Origin: an archaeon GW2011_AR5 | GTDB taxonomy: Archaea; Aenigmatarchaeota; Aenigmatarchaeia; GW2011-AR5 | NCBI GenBank assembly: GCA_000806115.1 | Contig: JWKQ01000001.1 | Span: 368,915 to 432,914 of the forward strand | Direction of reading: 5' to 3' | DNA: 64,000 nt | Shown here: positions 45,787 through 53,945 of the stretch, one piece after another | How positions within the stretch are numbered: position 1 is the first letter of the stretch | Layout of the letters: every line of letters begins with the position of its first letter | Notes under the pieces: generated by a model | Seen by the model: only the letters and a program-made list of their open reading frames with translations | What the model was told of the DNA's origin: nothing | Databases searched by the model: none | Made by a program: the position numbers and the translations under genes

Positions 45787-46369
45787 TGGAATCTGAGCCC
45801 GTCAAGTAACTTTCGTCACTTGTAACAGATCGAAGACCTGTAATCCAGAGGCAGAGCCTCAAGTCTGGGATGCTCTTCCATACGATATCCTATGTGTGCC
45901 GGATTACTAAAATTTATCCTAAAACGCCAAATTCTGCATTTAAAACCTCTCTCTACAGAGAATTCCTAGTTCTTAAGCGACATCACATATCGAAATGCTT
46001 TAAAAGCTTTCTATAATTACCACTTGTTGATAGTGACAAATAATATACTGTAAGTGATGCCTGAGCACCACGGAAGTAAAGGAACGGTAATATTCAACCC
46101 TACAAACATCACAGCGACAATTTTGCTTCCGCAAAATTGCACAAAAGCGTCCACGCGATGCAACAAGCTGCTCCAGCTCCATGCAAAACCTCCCGGCAAG
46201 CCCGCGAGGAATGGAGAGTCCACGAGGACAGGAACGGCTAGAAAGCTGTCTGCGCATGCATAGCGTGAGCTTTATTCAGCTGTGATTTTTCTTCAAACTC
46301 AATTCTTCCGCAAGTCTCGCACGACTTGCGTTCGTCAACCTAGACAGCCATTCCATTGGAGGACGTGCC

Positions 46370-47233
46370 ATGTGGATACTCTGGTCAACGCTGGCTGGCA
46401 TGTTCCTCGTGCCATTCTATATCAGCACACGTAAGCTGATGTGGAGCCACAATCTCGACTACGGACTGTTCATGATGAACAGGTTCCTGTTTACGCTCCC
46501 GTTCGCGGTAGTCTTCGTCGCCACTTACCCTGCTACCGGCATCGAATGGTTCGTGGTTGCCACTGGATGCCTGTACGGTTTCTCCGGAATACCCTTCCAG
46601 ATGAGCTACAAGTACACCACCGAGTTCGTCGCGGCGGTGGCGAGCGAGATGATCCCGGTTTTCGCCGCGATCATCGGATGGTTGGCGCTGAATGAACGCA
46701 TGACTCCCGGAGAAATCATTGCGTTCGTTACGGTGCTGACGGGCTCGGCGTTCGTCGTGATGAGCACATCGAACGGCAGGAAGAACGCCCTCAACGGCTA
46801 CGGACTTTTCCTGCTCGCGACAATGATGGCGGGTGCGTACAACGCTGGAACGAAGTACGCGAAGAATCTTGCCGATTTCAGCGGCTTCGAACTCCTTGTG
46901 CTCCATCGCACAGGCGTGTTCATCTCAATGATCGCGCTGCTCGCGACACCGCTGAGAAAACGCATGCTACGATTCTTCACTCTCCCAGGCGCCGAGAAAC
47001 TGAAGTTCGCGCGCAACGAACTGGTTTTCCTCGGATTCGCCGCCTCATTCGCGCTTGCGATGGCGATGCAACCGCAGGCGAGAAGCAATGGATTGATAGG
47101 CGTGATTTACTTCGGCGTGCTGCAGATAGGGCTTTTCTTGCGCGCCGTGGCAATCAGCGAAAAACACCTAGCGCGCAAGGCAGTCGGCGCCATAATCGCG
47201 TCAGCGGGACTCGTTTATCTCGCTACGCACTGA
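46370..47233 (+). CDS. EamA/DMT-family transporter
   Basis: 287 aa, about 10 TM segments. GGAGGA lies 7 nt upstream of the ATG. Confidence 0.65.
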   Translation: MWILWSTLAGMFLVPFYISTRKLMWSHNLDYGLFMMNRFLFTLPFAVVFVATYPATGIEWFVVATGCLYGFSGIPFQMSYKYTTEFVAAVASEMIPVFAAIIGWLALNERMTPGEIIAFVTVLTGSAFVVMSTSNGRKNALNGYGLFLLATMMAGAYNAGTKYAKNLADFSGFELLVLHRTGVFISMIALLATPLRKRMLRFFTLPGAEKLKFARNELVFLGFAASFALAMAMQPQARSNGLIGVIYFGVLQIGLFLRAVAISEKHLARKAVGAIIASAGLVYLATH

Positions 47234-47242
47234 GGAGATGAG

Positions 47243-47659
47243 ATGAATCCGAAAACCGCACTTATCGTAATTGTTCTCGGTATGCTCGCTCTCGGAGCAT
47301 GGGTCGCACGGCGGGGAGAAAAGCGACGGGGAGCAAAGGTCAGCGCACAGGCGCGCTTCCAGACACGGAATCCCCAAACAGCAGCGATGCTCGGTCCGTT
47401 GTTCCCGAAGAGTTCGCTGCGCATCGATGAAGGAAAGATACTCTTCGGCATCTACATCATCGCCGCCGGTACGTACACCTTGTTGTCGGTGATGCTGCCG
47501 CAGGACACCATCTGGCTGCTCGTCTTCGGCGCACTGACATTCTGCGGCGTCGGGATCTCAATCATAGGACCTGACAAGGAATCGGACTTTGTGGGTCTGA
47601 TGCTTGCAACGATGGGTGCCGCAACTGTGCTCGCAACGCTAGCCGGAATCTTTCCATAA
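47243..47659 (+). CDS. membrane protein (138 aa)
   Basis: Track ORF after GAGGAGA. One N-terminal and three C-terminal TM segments. Confidence 0.5.
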   Translation: MNPKTALIVIVLGMLALGAWVARRGEKRRGAKVSAQARFQTRNPQTAAMLGPLFPKSSLRIDEGKILFGIYIIAAGTYTLLSVMLPQDTIWLLVFGALTFCGVGISIIGPDKESDFVGLMLATMGAATVLATLAGIFP

Positions 47660-47736
47660 ATAACATTACCATTTTCGTCAACTCGGAAACATGCAGCGCA
47701 CTGACGCTTGCATTAACGGAAGGAGAAGGTTCCACA

Positions 47737-48117
47737 ATGAGTAGGAGAAGAAACCGTCTGCCGCGTACAATGGGGAAGCGATACGTGCCGCGGGCCGACA
47801 GAATCGGGCTTACGATTGGCGACAGGTCGTGGACATGGCGTCAGCTCGGCGACATGGACATCTACAACCCCCGGGCGCCATGGCTTCTTGAGTTCACGCT
47901 TGACAGGCTGGGTGTCGACACGTTCGGAAAGTTCATCCGAATGGATCCGGTGGAAATCTCGATGTACGCCGGCGATGAAACAGGCTTCGTCGCAATGATG
48001 GTGTACATGCACACGACCCACAAGGACCCGGACGACTGGGTCTCCAGAGAAGAGAAACCTGTCAGGTGGAGCACTCACAAACGCCGCCTGAAGAAGAGGA
48101 AGAGACAGCAACGCTAA
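47737..48117 (+). CDS. hypothetical basic protein (126 aa)
   Basis: Track ORF after GGAAGGAGAAGG. Arg/Lys-rich termini. Confidence 0.5.
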   Translation: MSRRRNRLPRTMGKRYVPRADRIGLTIGDRSWTWRQLGDMDIYNPRAPWLLEFTLDRLGVDTFGKFIRMDPVEISMYAGDETGFVAMMVYMHTTHKDPDDWVSREEKPVRWSTHKRRLKKRKRQQR

Positions 48118-48182
48118 CCAGCATCAGGGGGAACAGAGAATTATGGAGCCTCCGCACCGCAATACAAAGAAAGGAGACGGCT

Positions 48183-48989
48183 GTGTATACAGAACAGGAA
48201 GTCAGGACAATCGCCGTGTTCGCGCTGCTGGCGATCGTCATTGGCAGGAACGCGCGTTCGCGCGCGGCGTTCTTCACGCTTGCCATGTTCGGCGGCGTCA
48301 TGACATTCAGTGCCCTGATGAACGCCATCGTGCCGGTGCTCAACAAGACTCTGGACAGGGACGCCATGGGAATCACAGCGCTGCTCGCTGCATTCGTCCT
48401 CTCGATGCTGCTCGCTGTCGCAACTCTGTATGCGAGCATGCGCAGCAAGGTCCCGAAGGAACCATCCCGCAACTCCGGCGCATGGACTGCGTTCGCCGTA
48501 ACGCTCATCATCGTCGGCGCCGTCGCGAACATGTACAGCGCCGTTCTCGCAAGAGTGCTGATGGCGCTCGGCGTCTGCGTCTTCTTCGGAAGGCAGCTGA
48601 TGAAAAGGGGTGCAGTCATCCTGCTTGCGGTCCTGATGTCAGGGTGCAGCGGCAACGGTGATAGTTCGCTCTGGGCAGTCGTCCTGCTGGGAGTGTTTGC
48701 CCTGCTTCGTGCGCTCTCGCCCGGAATTGTCGGCGCAGCAACGGGAGAACGCAGTGTCGACGAAGACGACGGCGCGCACTGCACGGACTGCAACGCCTAC
48801 TCTTCGAAGTCCTGCGCCAAGTGCAGCACGCCGTTCTGTGAGAACTGCGCGAAGCGCACGCTGAACAATCAGCACATGTGCGCACAGTGTTCGGGTGAAG
48901 CGGAAGTCGCTTGCCCGAGGTGCGGATACGCGACGACGATCTCGCACATGGAGGACGTCTGTCCGGTGTGTGCAGGGAGTGAACCGTGA
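48183..48989 (+). CDS. multi-TM protein with C-terminal multiple zinc-ribbon (CxxC x5-6) domain
   Basis: Same frame as track ORF 48066..48989. I prefer the GTG at 48183, preceded by AAAGGAGA. C-terminus HCTDCN...CAKCS..FCENC...CAQC...CPRCG...CPVC. Confidence 0.55.
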   Translation: MYTEQEVRTIAVFALLAIVIGRNARSRAAFFTLAMFGGVMTFSALMNAIVPVLNKTLDRDAMGITALLAAFVLSMLLAVATLYASMRSKVPKEPSRNSGAWTAFAVTLIIVGAVANMYSAVLARVLMALGVCVFFGRQLMKRGAVILLAVLMSGCSGNGDSSLWAVVLLGVFALLRALSPGIVGAATGERSVDEDDGAHCTDCNAYSSKSCAKCSTPFCENCAKRTLNNQHMCAQCSGEAEVACPRCGYATTISHMEDVCPVCAGSEP

Positions 48990-49228
48990 GAACATTTCTC
49001 GTTGTCGTTGTCATCGCGCTGGTGCTGGACTTCGTACTTTTCGGCGGCGCGTTCACGATGCTCGTCATCGGGTTCGGCATCACACTGGTGGCGCTGCTCT
49101 TCGGGTTCGCAACCGGAATCGTCAAGCTCGTGCTGGGCACGGCTGCGATGTTACTTGGCATGGCGATTCCATTAGCTGCGCTGCTCGTCGTCGGGTTCGC
49201 GATTTGGTTTTTCGTTTTTCGCCGTTAA
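48986..49228 (+). CDS. small two/three-TM membrane protein (80 aa)
   Basis: Track ORF. GTGA overlap with the upstream stop. Confidence 0.45.
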   Translation: MRTFLVVVVIALVLDFVLFGGAFTMLVIGFGITLVALLFGFATGIVKLVLGTAAMLLGMAIPLAALLVVGFAIWFFVFRR

Positions 49229-49252
49229 CGCGCTATGCGCAAAGGAGACTCT

Positions 49253-50461
49253 ATGATCTGGTGGTTCACTCTCGCTCTGCTCGTCGGGGTCGGCATGTTC
49301 ACGTTCGCGAAGTGGAACGTCCTCTCGGACAACAACAGGAAGACGGCACTCGTTGGTGACGCAGTCCTATTGATTGCGCTGTTCACCGGCAGTTTGCTCT
49401 GGTGGCTCTGGCTCGTGGCGTTCGTGTTCAGCGCCGTGCATCTCGGAGTCAACTGGAAGAGGATGTCGTTTGACGGCAGGCTCGGCGCGTGCATCCTGCT
49501 GGCCGTCCTCGCGATGTTGCTGTTTGCCACCAAGGGCTTCTACTGGTGGCTGGCGCTCGTCGTGCTGATCATCACCGGCATCGTCGGCGCGTTCGTCTGG
49601 CGCGGAGCATCGCCCCGATCCCGCGCGGGACTTGCCGGAGTCGCCGCCCTGCTCTTGCTGCTGCTATTCCTGCTGTACGACGCGAAGCAGCCGCTGAACT
49701 TCATGGGCGGCGAAGCCCAGGCTGCACCGACAACGCTCGGCGACCAGGCGCAGCACACCGTCGTGCGTGGCGACTGGCTGCGGAACATCGCGCCGCGCTA
49801 CAAGAACGTCGGGTGGGAATCCCTGCTGCTGCGCAACGAGCCGTTCCTGCAGGCGAAGTACGAAGAAGTCTGCGGGAAGCTGAACGAGCGGTACACGAAC
49901 AACCCGAAGCGTCACGGCACGTTCTGCAACGAACGGTACAACCGCCCGTACGGCAACACGCTCGTGCCGGGATGGGTGCTGGCGATTCCGTCGGGCAGTG
50001 CGCCGCAGCAAATTCAGGACGCTGTCATCACGTCGACAGGGCAGAAGGTTGCGCTTGTCATTGACGACAGCGGGTCGATGAACGATGATCGCACGCGCGT
50101 TGCGTTGATGTACGACGCCGCGCTGCGGAAGCACGGCAAGAACCTCATCGGCGTGTGGCTGTACGCCGACGGCCAGGTTCGTCACTACAGCGAGGGCAAT
50201 GTGGAGCTGCACACCACCGGTAACGTCGAGAACACGTGGAATGCGTTATCCGAGGCGGCGAAGGAGAAGCCCGACACCATCATCCTCGTCACGGATGAGG
50301 TCGGCGACGACTGGCCGGCTGACCTCAAGAAGGCGGGCACCGGCTGGTTCACAAAGATGCCGCCCGTCGTGGCAACGTGCCTGCCGCCGTACGAGTGTGA
50401 AGTGACGCTCAACGCGCTCGTCAACGCGTTCGGCGGGAAGTACGTCCGGTACGGGCAGTAG
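49253..50461 (+). CDS. membrane-anchored LysM-like + von Willebrand factor A (vWA) domain protein
   Basis: N-terminal TM bundle. HTVVRGDWLRNIAPRY...LVPGWVLAIP is LysM-like with an insert. vWA MIDAS VALVIDDSGSM plus ...IILVTDE. ATG at 49253 after AAAGGAGA. Confidence 0.7.
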   Translation: MIWWFTLALLVGVGMFTFAKWNVLSDNNRKTALVGDAVLLIALFTGSLLWWLWLVAFVFSAVHLGVNWKRMSFDGRLGACILLAVLAMLLFATKGFYWWLALVVLIITGIVGAFVWRGASPRSRAGLAGVAALLLLLLFLLYDAKQPLNFMGGEAQAAPTTLGDQAQHTVVRGDWLRNIAPRYKNVGWESLLLRNEPFLQAKYEEVCGKLNERYTNNPKRHGTFCNERYNRPYGNTLVPGWVLAIPSGSAPQQIQDAVITSTGQKVALVIDDSGSMNDDRTRVALMYDAALRKHGKNLIGVWLYADGQVRHYSEGNVELHTTGNVENTWNALSEAAKEKPDTIILVTDEVGDDWPADLKKAGTGWFTKMPPVVATCLPPYECEVTLNALVNAFGGKYVRYGQ

Positions 50462-50588
50462 AAGTTCACCGGGCCGTGTTGTAAAGAACACGTGTAGTGT
50501 TCTTACACAGGGCATGCCGGATAACTCAAAGGTATGCCCTTGTGTCAACACGGTCCACAATATCAACAACTTTTCAGGAGACAAAGCG

Positions 50589-51350
50589 ATGAAGCGAATC
50601 CTCATCATGCTCGCGCTGCTCGTTGCGGCAAGCGCGTGCAGCAACAAGAAAGAAGAACCGCAGCAAGCCCGGCAGTCACCTCAGGCACAACCCACGCAGA
50701 CAGCGGTGGCACAGCCTGAGACGCCAAAACAACTCGCGCCCGCGAAGACTGAAGAAGACGTGATGAAGGAGTGGCGCGATGAGAAGGGCATCCCGACGCT
50801 CGACTCCATCACCATCGAGAGCGTGCGGCAGCTCGCTAATACGGTAATGGAGAAGGATCCGTACAGCGAACACTTCACTATCGACGGCCATGTCAGTGAG
50901 GGTTTCGGAAACGGCGTCGATACGCTCTTCGTCGCGCAGCTGATCGCGCGCCAGAACCGTTACCTCGAAAGTGTGTTCAACAAGATGCCGGTGCTGCAAC
51001 GCCGTGAAGTCGTCCAGCAGGCGGCGAACATCGTTGCGTCGCATGCTACCAGCTACCTGCACCCGAACGACCTGCGTGCGTGGCTGGTGAACTACGAATG
51101 GAAGCGCGACATCGAGCCGGTCAATCCCGACTGGTATCAGGGCACGAAATGGCCGGAGAATCGTCTCGAGCCCGTGGAGCCCACGCTGAGCAGTGACAAC
51201 GAGAGCGGGCGCATCAAGGATCCGAAGGCGAAGGGTTTCAAGCTCTCGAAGGTGGATCTCTGGTGGCGGATGTTCTGGAAGCGCCGCGGGGAAATCATCT
51301 TCAACGCAGCGAAGTCGGCTGCTGCTGCGGAGCTCGCGAAGAAGCGATGA
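50589..51350 (+). CDS. putative lipoprotein (253 aa)
   Basis: MKRILIMLALLVAASAC has a lipobox-like signal. ATG at 50589 after CAGGAGA, inside track ORF 50514..51350. Confidence 0.55.
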   Translation: MKRILIMLALLVAASACSNKKEEPQQARQSPQAQPTQTAVAQPETPKQLAPAKTEEDVMKEWRDEKGIPTLDSITIESVRQLANTVMEKDPYSEHFTIDGHVSEGFGNGVDTLFVAQLIARQNRYLESVFNKMPVLQRREVVQQAANIVASHATSYLHPNDLRAWLVNYEWKRDIEPVNPDWYQGTKWPENRLEPVEPTLSSDNESGRIKDPKAKGFKLSKVDLWWRMFWKRRGEIIFNAAKSAAAAELAKKR

Positions 51351-51433
51351 ACAACAAGAAAGGCAAACCAGGCAGGGCGAAGCGAAGCCTTTCCGCTGCA
51401 AGAAGTCCTGTAAAATCAGAGAGGGTGCCATGA
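51347..51433 (+). CDS. possible basic micropeptide (28 aa)
   Basis: My own translation gives MNNKKGKPGRAKRSLSAARSPVKSERVP. ATGA overlaps at both ends are the only support. Confidence 0.2.
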   Translation: MNNKKGKPGRAKRSLSAARSPVKSERVP

Positions 51434-51765
51434 AGATTGAGGGGTTCGATTCGGAAGTAATAAGGGAGCTTGTCAGGCGGGGTGTAGAAGCCCGGCTTCA
51501 CGAGCTGAAGAGTGTGCTGGCCGAGGTGGAGAAGATTCGCCGCCTCTTTCCAGACATCTATCAGCGAGTCGTCAACGAACCGAGCGTGCCGTTGAAGACG
51601 AGCGGCAAGAAGCGCACAAGTGGAGCGAAGCCGCGGAAGGACATCGGGGTTCCGCAGAAGAAGCGCGGCAGTAAGCGGCGCGGAATGTCGGCGGCTGAGC
51701 GCAAGGCGGTCGGGGAGCGCATGAGGAAGTACTGGGCGGAGCGGCGCAAGGAGAAGGAAAAGTAG
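51430..51765 (+). CDS. basic protein (111 aa) with C-terminal SAAxRKAxxxRMRKYWAERR motif
   Basis: ATG at 51430 inside track ORF 51193..51765. The C-terminal motif resembles one common in small bacterial DNA-binding-like proteins (recollection only). Confidence 0.45.
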   Translation: MKIEGFDSEVIRELVRRGVEARLHELKSVLAEVEKIRRLFPDIYQRVVNEPSVPLKTSGKKRTSGAKPRKDIGVPQKKRGSKRRGMSAAERKAVGERMRKYWAERRKEKEK

Positions 51766-51804
51766 CGTCAGGACAGGGCGCGGCTCTACAGCGCGGCGAA
51801 GGCC

Positions 51805-52095
51805 ATGAAGAAGGGACTCGTCTGGGACTTCGTCTGTTCACAGAGGGGTTTCTGCGTGGCGATGAACGTGCCGCCAAGCTTCTACACCAACTCGAAGGTG
51901 TCGTCGGCGCCGACCCTCGAGCTCCCGTCCATCGGCGAACTGGCGATGGCGCTCGAAGAGGAATTCGACGTCGAGATATATGAGGACGAGGCGGAGAAGA
52001 TGACGAGAGTCAAGGACGCCGTCGAACTCGTCGAACGAAAGCTTCGCGAGAAGAAGAGCAGCGAGGCACCGAAGCGCCGCGAAGACGAGGAGTGA
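51805..52095 (+). CDS. acyl-carrier-protein-like protein with atypical N-terminus
   Basis: LPSIGELAMALEEEFDVEIYEDEAEKMTRVKDAVELV resembles the ACP helix II-IV region ([28 protein letters not shown]). The Ser context is PSI rather than DSL. Confidence 0.45.
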   Translation: MKKGLVWDFVCSQRGFCVAMNVPPSFYTNSKVSSAPTLELPSIGELAMALEEEFDVEIYEDEAEKMTRVKDAVELVERKLREKKSSEAPKRREDEE

Positions 52096-52097
52096 AC

Positions 52098-52256
52098 ATG
52101 AGAGTACTGATTCTCATTGCAGGATTCCTGATTGCGTTCGCTGCGGGCTTCACGGTACACACATTCTTTCCTGACAAGCCGTTCTGGAACGCAGGACTCC
52201 AGCTCGGCATCGGGATGGTATTCGTGTACTGGGCCGGGCGCGCGTCGAAGAAGTAG
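52098..52256 (+). CDS. two-TM micropeptide (52 aa)
   Basis: My own translation gives MRVLILIAGFLIAFAAGFTVHTFFPDKPFWNAGLQLGIGMVFVYWAGRASKK. Starts 2 nt after the upstream stop. Confidence 0.35.
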   Translation: MRVLILIAGFLIAFAAGFTVHTFFPDKPFWNAGLQLGIGMVFVYWAGRASKK

Positions 52257-52393
52257 CACGAAAAAAGAAAAGGGGACGCAATGGCTGACGCTACGCGGCA
52301 GAACTCCTTTTCTTTTTGTTCGTCTTGTCAACTTATAGGGATACATTAAATAAATCGTCATGCTACTTAACCATTCGCCTTCAATCTCATTTC

Positions 52394-53047
52394 ATGACCG
52401 CTGAAAAAGAAATGTCATTCGTTATAGGGACATTGAAAAAACATCGCAGCGAATTCGTTGCGCCGGCTCTCACCGAGATAGCAAAGGAGCGAAATCCCTA
52501 CAAGGTTCTTATATCATGCATACTTTCCCTTCGGACACGCGACGAGACTACGGCGCGCGTGAGCGAGTCTCTCTACAAAGTTGCCGACAATCCCAAAGAT
52601 ATTGCAAACCTCCCACTCAAAAAATTATCAGCTATCATCCGTCCCGTCAACTATTACAAGACCAAGGCGGTGCGTATCAGGGAAATGTCAAGAATAATAC
52701 ATGGAAATAGCGATAAGGTGCCGGACACTATGGAAGGGCTGCTTGCATTGAAAGGCGTCGGAAGGAAAACGGCAAACATCGTTCTTGTTTACGGCTTCAA
52801 TTATCACGGCATTCCCGTCGATACCCACGTGCACCGCGTGAGCAACCGCCTTGGATGGACAACCACCAAGACGCCTGAGAAAACAGAAGCTGAACTCAGG
52901 AGAATTCTTCCAAAAAAATACTGGATGGACCTGAACGATCTGTTCGTGCAGTTCGGACAAAACATATGCGCGCCGCAGCGCCCGAAATGCGAGAAGTGCC
53001 CGCTCACCAAGCATTGCAAATACTACAAATACAAAAATAAACGATGA
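52394..53047 (+). CDS. nth: endonuclease III (HhH-GPD DNA glycosylase with 4Fe-4S)
   Basis: LLALKGVGRKTANIVL hairpin-helix-hairpin, DTHVHRV, and C-terminal CxxxxxxCxxCxxxxxC (CAPQRPKCEKCPLTKHC). ATG at 52394. Confidence 0.9.
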   Translation: MTAEKEMSFVIGTLKKHRSEFVAPALTEIAKERNPYKVLISCILSLRTRDETTARVSESLYKVADNPKDIANLPLKKLSAIIRPVNYYKTKAVRIREMSRIIHGNSDKVPDTMEGLLALKGVGRKTANIVLVYGFNYHGIPVDTHVHRVSNRLGWTTTKTPEKTEAELRRILPKKYWMDLNDLFVQFGQNICAPQRPKCEKCPLTKHCKYYKYKNKR

Positions 53048-53472
53048 TTATGTTTCCTATCAAATCAGTTTCCGACCTTGAAAAGATATCTGCCGCTGTC
53101 AAGTGGCAGTATTTCGAGAAGCTTACGGCGTTCATCTTCGAGGAGAACGGCTTCGACGCAAAACAGAACGTAATAGTCAAGGACGAGCATTACAAGCGCC
53201 AGTTCGACGTAATCGCGAAGCGCTTTGATGCAACATGGCTCGTCGAATGCAAGAAATGGAAAAGCAGAAAACAGCGGGCCGGCGCGATGAAGAGCGCCGC
53301 AGCAAAGCATCTTGAAAGATGCGCACTGTACGAAACGGTTGCAAAGCCCGGGCGCATAATGCCCCTCATCGTCACGCTTATTGAAGAGGAAGTCGTGCAG
53401 CACGACGGGATTTTCATAGTCCCCGTCACGAAACTGAACTGGTTCGTAAACAATTTCGAGTCGTTCGAATAA
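53044..53472 (+). CDS. PD-(D/E)xK restriction-endonuclease-fold protein (Mrr/Hjc-like)
   Basis: FEENGFDA...QFDVIAK...WLVECKKWK gives a D...ExK core. ATGA overlap with the nth stop. Confidence 0.55.
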   Translation: MIMFPIKSVSDLEKISAAVKWQYFEKLTAFIFEENGFDAKQNVIVKDEHYKRQFDVIAKRFDATWLVECKKWKSRKQRAGAMKSAAAKHLERCALYETVAKPGRIMPLIVTLIEEEVVQHDGIFIVPVTKLNWFVNNFESFE

Positions 53473-53507
53473 CGGAAACTGAAGTAAAAACAAAAAGAAA
53501 GGATGGA

Positions 53508-53645
53508 CTAGACAATTTTTATCATGCCTGCCGTGTAACACAGCGGACATTTCATGGTCCTGTAAGACCATTCAAACGAACAGTCCTTGCATTTCCATGT
53601 TTCTATGTGCGTTTTTACGTACTTGCTCTTCTTTTTTCTTGCCAC
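53508..53645 (-). CDS. zinc-ribbon microprotein (45 aa, GTG start)
   Basis: My own translation gives (M)ARKKKSKYVKTHIETWKCKDCSFEWSYRTMKCPLCYTAGMIKIV. Confidence 0.3.
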   Translation of the reverse strand: MARKKKSKYVKTHIETWKCKDCSFEWSYRTMKCPLCYTAGMIKIV

Positions 53646-53945
53646 TTTTTACAAACCTCGTAAAGAAATCAATTCAGTAATCTATTATATATGTTGAAGT
53701 AGTATATATAGCTTTACCGTATTTTTCAAGAGACAAAAGTATCTGCAAATCGGAAGAAAGAAGATATTTTTCACTCACTGTTGGGTATACACTAATTAAT
53801 CCACTGTGATATTAATAGATTTTTTCAAAAAGCGCGCAAAAAATGCTTTTATATTTTGGCATGTACTTGTTGAGTCAATGAATAAACATCTGCAATATAC
53901 TTCTTCTTTCCTTATTCTCAAATCTCGCAAAAATTGTGGTGAACC

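Larger units (their letters stand above)
46060..52322. other. G+C-rich genomic island (putative horizontally acquired block; boundaries approximate)
   Basis: Hand counts of 60-nt lines give 48241-48300 = 40/60 G+C and 50101-50160 = 38/60, against 28/60 at 42001-42060. About eleven co-directional genes. Right end closes with a long inverted repeat (52259-52322). Confidence 0.6.

Noticed and set aside
40058-45945. AACGCCA(n)AAT(n)TGCA similarity at 40060-40078 and 45924-45942 as att sites bracketing the HerA-like operon
   Set aside because: Only an 8-mer plus scattered matches are shared. An 8-mer recurrence is expected by chance in 64 kb on two strands.
46000-46263. ORFs 46000..46257 (-), 46017..46223 (-) and 46054..46263 (+) in the island's left flank
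   Set aside because: They mutually overlap in a compositional transition zone, have no motifs and have no start-site signals.
48062-51431. Long minus-strand ORFs in the island (48062..48793, 48616..49161, 49664..50212, 50676..51431) and alternative plus-frame ORFs (48143..48661, 49489..50064, 48895..49359)
   Set aside because: High G+C suppresses stop codons in all frames. These products are Arg/Ala/Pro/Ser-rich with no motifs. They overlap plus-strand genes that have SD-like sites, TM topology and recognisable domains.
45811-52332. TTCGTC..TTGT.AAC similarity (45812-45827 and 52317-52331) as direct repeats delimiting the G+C-rich island
   Set aside because: About 13 of 15 positions match, with a gap. 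This is too short and imperfect to call without statistics or an empty-site comparison.
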